Positions 42,874 through 52,177 of a DNA stretch of 64,000 nucleotides are shown piece after piece; the stretch's first letter is position 1; every line of letters begins with the position of its first letter. The position numbers and the translations under genes are program-made. The DNA comes from a virus: IMG/VR virus record IMGVR_UViG_3300025015_000001; one strand, given 5' to 3'. Below the pieces are notes generated by a model that saw nothing but the letters and a program-made list of their open reading frames with translations, had not been told where the DNA came from and did no database searches.

Positions 42874-44653
42874 GTTATACATCTACAGCTCAGCTTGCCA
42901 GTAATAGCGCCGCTTCGGTTTACCATCCACACCCTCAGGCGGCAGCGGAAACTCCTCATGTTCACCAAGAGCCCAAAGAATCGCCATCCGAAAGCGCGTA
43001 TTCTCTTCTTCCAGTTTCTCAAGAAGGTCGGACAATTCCTCATGTGTTGCTGCCTTCGCGCAAAGTCTTGCCGGTCCCATATCAACCCCCATGTATTTAA
43101 CAACGCCATCAAATCCGACTCGCTACCGCTCGCGGCTTAGCTCCGCGTTAGCTGCTCAGCCAGTTTAATGCTCTATTTTGTCGCCGTTCTTCTTCGTCGC
43201 ACTGCACACAGAGACATTTGCCACACCGAGATGATGCCTCCCTTATCACAACCATATGGGCTTCGGTTTTTCCGCAAGAAAGGCAAGCTAACAAATTGCT
43301 GGAATCAGATTTCGCTTTGCTCAACTGTTCACCTCCACGGTATACTAAAACCCGTTTACAGCATGGACATTTGTCCGTAACGGTCGTGACTCTCCTAACT
43401 CCTGCGCCGATATTGTAGATTGCGAATGGGACACCTTTGCGAGACAGTGCTTCAATGAGCCACTGCATTCCCGCAAGAAATCCAGAGGTTATATCTATTT
43501 CCTGCCCTGTGTCTATTTTCTCTATCATCCGTTTTTTCCAATCAATGCTTATTGTTTTTGCCATACATCCTCCCAACCAATAGCTGAACGGGACAGGCCC
43601 GTTATCTCTGTGTTAAATTGAGACGAGGAATGGAGTCGAACCATCTGAATAGGCCGCCTGATGGTGCAGCCTATTCACTATTCCCTTGTCAATTTTCCAG
43701 TCAGTCATCCCCGACAGGAGGTTTCCCGCAACGCTCGCCTCGCCATAATATTTTTTAACCAATCGCTGAACGGGGCAAGCCCGTTAGCTTGCTTTGCTTA
43801 CATCTACCTGGTTGCCCCATTTCCCGCCCATATCCAAGCCGATACTTTCTCCGGCTTCTATTATGGACTTCATGGCGTGATCTGGAAGTTCCAATACCGC
43901 TGTATCTCTCTCATATGAAGTTAAAGGCAACCCTGACATTTCTCGGATACATTTAATAGCATGTCGTAACGCATAGTAGGTTGATTCCAGATTATCAATA
44001 TTAATCTGGATGGTTTTGTTTACTGGATTTATTTTCAAATTTATCTCCTTTTAGCTAACCAGCGGATGGAGCCGACGTTACGGCTCATCCTGGGTGTTAT
44101 GTGTGTTTTGTAAGGATGCACATCCCCCTTTAATGCGCCTGTGCAGCTGCATCAGCTTCCACGTCACATCACCTGCCTTTCACATAACCAATAGCTGAAC
44201 GGGACAGGCCCGTTATCTCAGCATTATCACTTTAAAACTATCGGTGCCCCGTCTTTGTAGAGGCGCGGAGTAATATCTCCGAATAGTCCGGCTTTGACAT
44301 ACTGAATGCCCGTCGCGTGATCGGTATAGACCGACAGGCCGGAACGCTTCCCGAACAGCTTTCCCGGTCTGTAGTCGTCAGTGACGTCATAGGCCCAGCG
44401 AAAATAGTCTCCCGCGAAAGATATGGCAATCAATGCTGCAATGAAAATTAAGAACTTCATGTGGTCCTCCATAAAAAAGTGATAACAAGGCTGGTGGTGT
44501 GGGGCACACCTGAACAACCTTTGCGCGAGTCAACATATCACCACCTCTGCATTGCATGGTAGCGGTGCATGGTGCAATCCGGCACTGTAGTCGCACACCC
44601 GGCGGCCAAGAGGGATTGCCCAAAATAGGGCGACCCTCACCTTTACGTTATAC
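42874..44653 (-). mobile_element. Integron cassette array 1 (six attC-like sites, no integrase)
   Basis: attC-like imperfect palindromes at 43095-43153, 43571-43618, 43753-43800, 44053-44102, 44182-44229 and 44480-44653. GC-rich. Cassette genes (42883-43092, ~43148-43564, 43784-44038, ~44227-44460) end at attC sites. Confidence 0.8.
43618..43744 (-). ncRNA. tRNA-like structured RNA forming a whole cassette
   Basis: 7-bp acceptor GGCGAGG/CCUCGUC, T-arm GAUGG-UUCGACU-CCAUU abutting it, and a 12-bp long arm; lies between two attC sites. Confidence 0.55.
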
Positions 44654-44728
44654 AAATAGCTCCTTCTAAATCTTTGTGCTAATTAGTAAATAATCAAATG
44701 CTGATTGTAGCACCATACAAAAGTAGAG

Positions 44729-46764
44729 TCATTTCTTCGCATTAAGTTCCATATCAAATTTTAACTCTACATATTTAGGCTTAAGTTCAGTAAGCAACCC
44801 AGCATCATTTTTAAAATATTTATCTATAGCTTTTCTTACATTCTCCGCACAGTTAAAATTAGTACACTTAACTATATAGTCTTTTATAGCATTTTTAATA
44901 TTTATGATATCAGTATCATTAGTCTTTAGATCAAGCAAAACAATTAATGTCATTTCCGAGAAGGGGCTCCTCTCCTTAGATAGATGACCACATAATATTT
45001 CTTTTTTTCTATTCATAGTATCGTCTGGAACTTTAATATCGAAATGCTTAATACATTGAACAATTTTATCTATATTATAAATATTTCTAGCAAATTTAAA
45101 TTTATCTATTACATACTTATACTCTATTTTATTTTTTATCTTATTAGTCTTCCTATCCAAGACTAAAGGAAAATCAAATATCATAGACCTATATGTGTAC
45201 TCCCAACCTTTATTACTTATAAAAGGGTATTCGCTTCTCCAATGAGACTTTACTATTTTTCTATCTGTTAAATATTTTCTTAATAACATTGCGGCATATG
45301 CCCCATTAAAAGTACCTTTTGGCCACGCCTTTTTGTTAGGATTAATTATAAACTTAGTTTTAGTAATCTTTGCTAGTAAATATTCACAATAATAATACTC
45401 ACCATTCTCTGTTTTATGCCGTCCCGATGCGGCAGTTTGGTGCTTAAAAAATGCAGTCATTACATCACTCATTCTTACTTTTTGCTTTGCCATTTTACCC
45501 CCAGCTTATTTTTAGCTTCTTCATTCGTTCCTAAGAAAAACTTAGTTTTAGGATTTCTAAAATTATATATTTTATGTCGTAATTTTGTTAACTGGAGGGT
45601 TGTCTCTAAATCTAGGTTCCATTTTGTTGGCAGCTTACTTATGGCATAGTTAAGTATTGCGGACAAGTCTGTTCCATAACACACATGTCTATCGGAACAT
45701 AGTGTAAAGCTATTACCCCCAACGCTCACCAAAGTTAACTTACCAATTTTTATACGCTTTGCTAGATAAGTGACCTCTTCCCACTCTCCTATAGCCTCTA
45801 TACAATTCATAGATTACCTCTAATTTATAATGACACATCTAATATGAGCAGTTACCTTTTTACTCCAGTCATAGACGTATCTAATGAATGCTTTAGCTAG
45901 TTTTTTATCACCGTTAAATTTAGCAGCCAGGTCATCATGTTTACACCAGTTACCCCCTAAACCAAGAAATGACGCAACTAATATTTTGTTATCACCAGTA
46001 ACAAAACTATCTATATGAATAGATATTTCTTTATAGTTCTTGTTAGTGGCCAACTCTAATGTTCGCGCTAATTTAAATGATGGTTCAGTTTCGCACAGAG
46101 GTAAACAGAGAGTATACATAACTCTGCATGGGATAGGATACGTATTTGGCTGGTAGTCTTTTTCCCTAGTTATCCATACATGCACACCATCAATAATATC
46201 TGGAAACAGATGAAACTCTGTTGGTAATGAATTAATCTTGGCTAGTAATGCTTGTTTAATAGCTTCTTCTTTTTCTGTCTTTATTCTTGCATTTTCCTTG
46301 TACTCTAATACTGCTGGTGATGCCGAGATACTATCGTAGTTCCAATAGTCATTATCTTTAAGTTTAATTATATCCCAATGCTTAAATTTACATATCTTTA
46401 TTAATTTTTCAACATCAGATAATTTTGTGAATCTCAAGTCGCCTCTGTCCATAGTATGATCTATATCTGTAAAATCACAAATCCTATATAAGAACCCATA
46501 TGCACCCTTTGCATCAAACATATTATTCTCCTATTTTTCACAATATTCTTTATGTAATTTTTGTAATTGTATTTCTATTTCTAAAGAAATATCCCATCTA
46601 TAACGGTTGTCATATGCAAATTGTATTGCATCTGCTAAAGTACTATAAGTGTTATGTTGTACACCATTAATCATAGGGTGGCCGACTATCATGTTAAATG
46701 CCGAATATGGTGTGCTGAGACTTTCTATAGCTAGTCCAGTAGTCATATCATATAAGTAAATCAT
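44729..46764 (-). CDS. Hypothetical ORFs downstream of RT (44729-45493, 45475-45810, 45820-46521, 46531-46764)
   Basis: Tightly packed ORFs; 45475 and 46531 carry the LSLE-like tag. Confidence 0.6.
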
Positions 46765-47663
46765 ATCTGCACCCTTAACTCACTGTCCATACGCTTAGTA
46801 AATAAGATACTTCTAACCACACTATAACTACTCCAAGTATCTTTCTTATTTTTTAATACCATATCTTGGAATGCCATCTTACCTTTAGTATCATTACGCA
46901 GTTCTTCTCCTCTTAAGTTCTGCTGATGGATCTCTGCTCTAAGATTCTTTCTATACTTACGTGGTATATTTAATTTTTCATTTACTACTATACCACATAC
47001 TAATTGTCTCTTAGATCTATGCATTATTTTGGTTTTCTTATGATTAACTTTTAACCCAATCCCAGTAAGTAATTTTTCAGCGTACTTCAAACTGTTAACT
47101 ACATCCTGCTTACTACTACCAGATACAACCAAATCATCTGCATATCTTGTGTAGTCACACTGATAAGTAAAACATTTCCATGCCATTTTCCAATCAATAC
47201 TATACATAATTATATTAGATATAAGAGGAGAAGTGGGGGCTCCTTGTGGTAACCTTTGGTATTTATTATCCTCGAAATCATTAAAACATGTATTCAAAAT
47301 ATTATAATTCTCATTAAATTCTTTTCTAGTCTTTTCGTTTCCTTCGTGGTATAATTTAAAGTTTTTATTTTTACTAAAACTATTGGTTTTGCAAGAAGAC
47401 ACCTCCATAAATATTCTATATTGTATTGACGGAAAGAAGTCCTCAATATCTATGCAACCCACCCATTTCTTCCCTACATGCGGTATTGCCATTGTAACTA
47501 TATTTTTATATGGCTGAAATGCGTGGGCAAATGGTGACACTTTAAATGTCTTTTGTAGTATAGGAATTAAAGCTTGCTGCTTAGCTTTTAGTATTGCATC
47601 TGGGGCTTCTATGATTCTCTCTCCGCCCTTCCTTTTAGGAATTCTGAAAATTGTATAAGACAT
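46761..47663 (-). CDS. Retron-type reverse transcriptase
   Basis: IPKRKGGERII.AP, AHAF...IVTMAIPH (region X, NAxxH variant), IDIEDFFPSI, LPQGAPTSP.ISN, YTRYADD, KKTKI and QLVCGIVVN (region Y, VTG variant). Start at ATG 47663 with GGAGG RBS. Confidence 0.93.
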   Translation of the reverse strand: MSYTIFRIPKRKGGERIIEAPDAILKAKQQALIPILQKTFKVSPFAHAFQPYKNIVTMAIPHVGKKWVGCIDIEDFFPSIQYRIFMEVSSCKTNSFSKNKNFKLYHEGNEKTRKEFNENYNILNTCFNDFEDNKYQRLPQGAPTSPLISNIIMYSIDWKMAWKCFTYQCDYTRYADDLVVSGSSKQDVVNSLKYAEKLLTGIGLKVNHKKTKIMHRSKRQLVCGIVVNEKLNIPRKYRKNLRAEIHQQNLRGEELRNDTKGKMAFQDMVLKNKKDTWSSYSVVRSILFTKRMDSELRVQI

Positions 47664-47664
47664 T

Positions 47665-47895
47665 TTAGCCCTCCTTACTACTGACATCTATTATGTTAAT
47701 TGCATCCCGAGCTATACGTAACAATTTCAATTCATGTTCTCTACTATATATTTTATCTAGTATAACTCTTTTACATTGTCTAATATTGTCTTCATCCATC
47801 CAATCCACATCAGCGCACTTATTTCTTTTAAGATGCCAGCTATGTTTCCACTCATCTATATCTATTGCATGGAGTACATCATCATGTATTTTCAT
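47665..47895 (-). CDS. 76-aa hypothetical protein between the ncRNA array and RT
   Basis: GGAGG RBS; its stop is coupled to the RT start. Confidence 0.7.
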   Translation of the reverse strand: MKIHDDVLHAIDIDEWKHSWHLKRNKCADVDWMDEDNIRQCKRVILDKIYSREHELKLLRIARDAINIIDVSSKEG

Positions 47896-47916
47896 TTTTA
47901 GCCTCCTTTTTTTAAT

Positions 47917-48017
47917 ATACTATGCTTACCTAATGTGGTAGATGTTAACTACTAATTTTACTAATACTTATCGAATCAATAAGTAGTGCTATAATTAAAG
48001 CACACGTACCATAGCAT
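47917..48017 (-). ncRNA. Retron-like msr-msd unit 6
   Basis: a1 AUGCUAUG / a2 CAUAGUAU (one G.U), G-U after a1, SL GUGCU/AGCAC, SL UACUUAU-UGAUUCG-AUAAGUA and a short msd hairpin (TACC/GGTA). Confidence 0.6.
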
Positions 48018-48071
48018 TTTATATCTGTCCTGCGCCGAGAACGACTCCGATCGTGTTGTTATCTTTTAATT

Positions 48072-48168
48072 TATTTTCGAGTAGATGAAACATCTACCTC
48101 CAGCACCTTTATAACCATTCTATACTTTTATAGAATTGGCAAGGTTTATTGCATAGACGAGCAAAATA
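48072..48168 (-). ncRNA. Retron-like msr-msd unit 5 (degenerate)
   Basis: UAUUUUGCUC-GUCUAUG start homologous to unit 2, two stem-loops and msd hairpin GTAGATG-AAA-CATCTAC. a1/a2 pair only partially and the UGNUNCG loop is absent. Confidence 0.5.
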
Positions 48169-48175
48169 CTTGTTA

Positions 48176-48278
48176 ATTGAGCCAAAGAAATCCAGGCGTG
48201 TCGCCTGGATAAATTGTAGTAAATTTTTACATAATATAGCGAACCACTATAGTTGTCACTCAGACAGAGACGCTCAAT
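48176..48278 (-). ncRNA. Retron-like msr-msd unit 4
   Basis: a1 AUUGAGC / a2 GCUCAAU, GUCU, SL UGUC/GACA, SL UAUAG-UGGUUCG-CUAUA and msd ATCCAGGCG-TGT-CGCCTGGAT. Confidence 0.75.
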
Positions 48279-48313
48279 AATTATTTAATTTGGTATCCCT
48301 TTTCCCAGCTAAT

Positions 48314-48439
48314 TTAGTCTGGGTTTAGAACTTCTAAGTCAAATCCTAGTCTTATTAGTATCTGTTCTAGATACCATTGCTTATGGTGTCCATCATCTGT
48401 GCACAGACCAGCTATTACAATGCCCTTAATAGTCTCCAT
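48314..48439 (-). CDS. 41-aa small protein inside the ncRNA array
   Basis: GGAGGG RBS; METIKGIVIAGLCTDDGHHKQWYLEQILIRLGFDLEVLNPD. Absent from the ORF track. Confidence 0.7.
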   Translation of the reverse strand: METIKGIVIAGLCTDDGHHKQWYLEQILIRLGFDLEVLNPD

Positions 48440-48461
48440 ATTTTCCCTCCATTTATTTTCT

Positions 48462-48603
48462 AGTTATGCCTATTGACTAATTTTAATGATTCGTAAGCGA
48501 AGCTTTTTGCGGTAGTATCGCAAAACATTAAAATTGTATGTGTTTTCACAAAACTTTTTTGTGTAAAGATAGCGCAGCACTATCCAATTTGAGACGCATA
48601 ACT
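48462..48603 (-). ncRNA. Retron-like msr-msd unit 3
   Basis: a1 AGUUAUGC / a2 GCAUAACU, GUCU, SL GAUAG-UGCUGCG-CUAUC, and msd AATTTTAATG...TTTTGCG-GTAGTAT-CGCAAAA-CATTAAAATT. Confidence 0.75.
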
Positions 48604-48613
48604 TACTATTATT

Positions 48614-48761
48614 TTATTGCACCCACTTTTGATCCTAAGCTTTTAACGAAACGTAGTGTAGTTAAAAGAAGCGGATCAAACAATTAGTAGTATTAAAAGT
48701 ACTTCTCTAATCAGACGAAGCATCTGACCTGTCAATTTTATTGACCATAGACGTGCAATAA
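48614..48761 (-). ncRNA. Retron-like msr-msd unit 2
   Basis: a1 UUAUUGCAC / a2 GUGCAAUAA, GUCU, SL GUCAA/UUGAC, SL UCAGA-UGCUUCG-UCUGA, and msd TTTGATCC...TTTTAAC...GTTAAAA...GGATCAAA. Confidence 0.8.
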
Positions 48762-48806
48762 TATTTCTTACGAAATAAGCAATACAATTAATTAATTTAT
48801 AATTTC

Positions 48807-48998
48807 TAAAACATCATGACTAAAGAATTTGATCTAATTATTATTATAAGTATCTGAATGTGACAAATTGGAAGTTGTAATTTTTCACAAGAAGATCTTA
48901 TAATAATAATTAGGTTAATATGTTTGTAGTAATTAAATCTTTGCACTTGTTGGCGAAGCACCAACTGCAATTGTTATTGCGAGACTCATGACAGTTTA
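48807..48998 (-). ncRNA. Retron-like msr-msd unit 1
   Basis: Closing stem core UCAUGA/UCAUGA (48986-48991 with 48814-48819), GUCU, SL GCAAU/AUUGC, SL GUUGG-UGCUUCG-CCAAC, and an 80-nt msd hairpin with a 17-bp perfect base (48834-48850/48897-48913). Confidence 0.75.
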
Positions 48999-49067
48999 AT
49001 TTCTGAACTTATTTAAATCAACCCTCGTACCTCTTATATATAAATCGTTATCACAATGATTTGGCAT

Positions 49068-49417
49068 TTAGTTCTCCTGTCTACGTTGTAGCATGTCTTC
49101 TGCTTTATTTATAATTTTAGTATAATATAAATCTTTCTCTAACGATGGTGCGCGCTCCCTGATAAGTATATTTCTGATATGATATAATTGGTTTCTTAGA
49201 TAGATATGCTCTTTCAGAATTACTTCATACTTGTTTAATAGACCATCAATCCTGTTTATCATAATTTTTCATTTTACATTGCGTTTAATATTTTTGTATA
49301 TGCTATAGCTTGTTCTAGCGAGAGATTGGGAATAATCGACTGTAAATTGTGTAGCCAGTATACTTGCCCCATAGTTATATTTTTAGTCTTTAATAACCTA
49401 TCTATAGTTTCTAGCAT
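49068..49417 (-). CDS. Two small ORFs (49068-49262; 49274-49417, LSLE-tag)
   Basis: The second ORF (47 aa, ends NLSLEQAIAYTKILNAM) is below the track cutoff. Confidence 0.55.
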
Positions 49418-49620
49418 ATGCCACTCCTTTGTAAACATCCTCACATTGTTTTACTAATTTCATAACTATTTTTTACCTCTTAAATTAATTGTATAATAAA
49501 TTAACATCCAGAATAGTAGAGCTGCACACCACCCTACAGCAAATGTATCTAGCCTAATTATTATATAATTAATAGCCTCCATTTTAGCACACTGCTCCTT
49601 ATATTTTAGAAATTCTAAAA

Positions 49621-50913
49621 TCAATCTTCATACATAACCTTCTGCCCGAATGGTATTTCAATATTAGGAGTCTTAGTCAGCCACATGACAGGATACTCCG
49701 GGGCGTCTTCTGGGAATGTTCCGAATAGATCTGTAAAATAAATAAGCGCATCTATTTTAATATCATGCTCTGAGAAGAACATCCCGACTGGTCGGAAATC
49801 CGTTCCTCCCCCTCCCTTAGCTAACCCCTTAAAATCTATCTCATCCCCAGGCAGTACTTCCTGATAGTGGTGCACCGCAGCATCACAAGCTATAAGATGT
49901 AATCTATATGAGGAGAATGAATTACATATAGCATTTACTTCTGAGAATGCTTCTCTTAATTCTTTTTCTCCCATTGAGCCGGAGGTATCAACAGCGAAGC
50001 CTACATTGATAGCCTCACTGTATAATGCTGGACTGAACACCCCTCTATTTAAATTTCTCTTATTAAGTTTTCTCCAACTATAATCATCCTTGGTTTTAGT
50101 TAAAAGAAATTCTGCTAACATCTGCCGCCAATTAATTTTGCTTTCTAATAAATCTCCAACCATTCTTTCTATACCAGCGGGAAGTTTACCCTGACGTTGT
50201 GCACTCTGGGCTGCTTGTGCTACCCATATTTTCCAATCACCATCTAAGCTTCCATCAGATTCATCCTTACCTCCGCCCTCCCCTTGCCCATTCTCTTTGG
50301 TCTTGCCCCTACCCCCACCTTTTCCTTCTTTATCTTTTCCCCATTTAGAATGGTCGTCTGCTATTTTACCTAGTACATTTCCGTCTTGGTCTGTAACATT
50401 ACCATCAGCATCTACGCTACAGAACTTAACCTTATCGCTCTTCATTAAATCATCATAGATATTTTCTGTAGTCCAGTTACCATCTGAATATTTCTTATCA
50501 TAATAATATTTACCAGCCGCTATCTTAGACGGCCTAAAAGTTCCATTCTGCCCTATTTGTGTACAACACATATCAACAACAAAATGATTAACTGTAAACT
50601 CACAGGCTATTCTCCATACTGGTTCTATCTTATGCCTCGACCTTTCTACTCCTCTTTTTCCTGTATGACCCATGAGATTGTGCCCAACTTCGTGAGCAAT
50701 TATTTCTTCTAACAAATCATCATCAATTTTCTCTTCTTGTATTTTTTCTGCATTAAAATATAACGATCTACCATCTGTTGCCATTACTGCTGGTAATGTC
50801 TTGTCTTCCTTTGTAACTAACCTACAGGCCAGCTCCCCAAGGAATGGGTGCCTTAGAAGAAAATTAAACTTGCACTTTCCTATTCTATCCTTTACTGATA
50901 ACTCATTTGCCAT
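49621..50913 (-). CDS. DUF2201-type metallopeptidase plus VWA domain protein
   Basis: ATDG, HEVGH (HExxH), DDHSKW, VDTSGSM and GGGGTDF. Confidence 0.9.
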   Translation of the reverse strand: MANELSVKDRIGKCKFNFLLRHPFLGELACRLVTKEDKTLPAVMATDGRSLYFNAEKIQEEKIDDDLLEEIIAHEVGHNLMGHTGKRGVERSRHKIEPVWRIACEFTVNHFVVDMCCTQIGQNGTFRPSKIAAGKYYYDKKYSDGNWTTENIYDDLMKSDKVKFCSVDADGNVTDQDGNVLGKIADDHSKWGKDKEGKGGGRGKTKENGQGEGGGKDESDGSLDGDWKIWVAQAAQSAQRQGKLPAGIERMVGDLLESKINWRQMLAEFLLTKTKDDYSWRKLNKRNLNRGVFSPALYSEAINVGFAVDTSGSMGEKELREAFSEVNAICNSFSSYRLHLIACDAAVHHYQEVLPGDEIDFKGLAKGGGGTDFRPVGMFFSEHDIKIDALIYFTDLFGTFPEDAPEYPVMWLTKTPNIEIPFGQKVMYED

Positions 50914-50925
50914 GATTGTTCTCCT

Positions 50926-52093
50926 TTATTTTAGAAATTCTAAATCTTTTTTAAACCTACTAAGCATTAGCGCATCTTCAAACGTAAGGTAGGGCCACTT
51001 CAATAATCCAAGGATGACAGATTTTAAATTTTGTTTGTGCATAGGAAATTCTGTATCTAGCTCAACTGAGCAGCGATATCTATGCAATCTCTTACCTGTA
51101 CATTTTGCATCGAATGTAAAATTTTCACCTATTATTAAATAATTATAGTAGTGTAAATTCCTACAAAGTTCTCTTGGGCAGTACCTACAATTCTTCCATT
51201 TCTTAATATAGGTTTTCATTCTGCACTCTCAGGTTTTAGATTTTCTAAATAATTATTTATAAACTCACCTATGCTTTTTCCTTCTATAGATGCTCTATAT
51301 TCTATATCAAATATTTGCCACTTGCCAAGCGAAATATCAAATACATTGCTATGAAATATTACATAGCCCCATTTACACCCATCGTCCCCAGTAAACTCTA
51401 CCGTAGTAGAAGTATTAGGCAGCATTACAGACGACACGAATTGTGCTAGTTCTTTTTCTTCATAATGCTTAGCATAGTACTCTCCCCCGTCAGGATACAT
51501 AGCAAAGCTATCACCATCTTGTCGTACTTCATAATAACTATTTATAGGAGATGAGTTTATTTTATTTTGTAATTCTTCTAAGGAGTATCTACTTTTAAAC
51601 ACTATATCATTTTCCATCGTCGAACAGTATCCCATGCCTACCCTCCCACTCTATATTACTCCTAGTTTAGTTGCTAATAATGTCTGCTCGAATGACAGTG
51701 GAGAAAGACAATCGGACGGGTACTCTTTCAGCATTCCCACAGACTTTCCAGCCATGCATATTATTTCTACGTCATAGCACCCGTCAGCATAGCTATATAG
51801 AATTCTATTAAAATTAAAACCACCTGTATCTTTATTAAATGCTACTATATCTCCTACTTTAAATTTATTCATATTAATCCTAGTTTAGTTAATAGTATTG
51901 TTTGTTCTATGCTTGGTATGATAGCAGGCCTGTGGGTATAATTTAAAGTAGTTTCTAAATAAAATGATTTACGTGGGCCTGACAATGGAATACACTCTAC
52001 TATATACCATTCAGGTTTACATTCTAGTATTTTATATAACCTATCAGGATTTTTACTTGTGGATACTATATCCCCCACTTTAAATTTACGCAT
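50926..52093 (-). CDS. Four small ORFs (50926, 51216, 51651, 51869)
   Basis: 51651 and 51869 are KFKVGD paralogues; three of the four carry the tag. Confidence 0.6.
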
Positions 52094-52118
52094 TGTAATC
52101 CTTTACTTTTAGATTTTC

Positions 52119-52161
52119 TAAAATTAAAATAGCCCCTATAGTAATCGAACCTACAGGAGCT
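52119..52161 (-). terminator. Intrinsic terminator after the MoxR gene
   Basis: 11-bp stem AGCUCCUGUAG/CUAUAGGGGCU with two G.U pairs on the minus strand, followed by AUUUUAAUUUU. Confidence 0.7.
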
Positions 52162-52177
52162 AAGTACTTGAAATTAC

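Noticed and set aside
46761-47663. RT as a DGR or group II intron enzyme
   Set aside because: It has YADD with retron region X/Y-like motifs, no maturase or endonuclease domain, no avd-like gene, and no TR/VR pair with adenine-only mismatches in the fibre genes of this window.
48286-48420. A seventh msr-msd unit (has AGAC and several hairpins)
   Set aside because: There is no convincing a1/a2 pair or UGNUNCG loop, and the segment is better explained by the 41-aa ORF.
47900-49060. CRISPR array or simple tandem repeat
   Set aside because: There are no identical direct repeats with spacers; conservation is structural.
52131-52161. tRNA suggested by GGTTCGAT
   Set aside because: No cloverleaf; it is the loop of a terminator hairpin.
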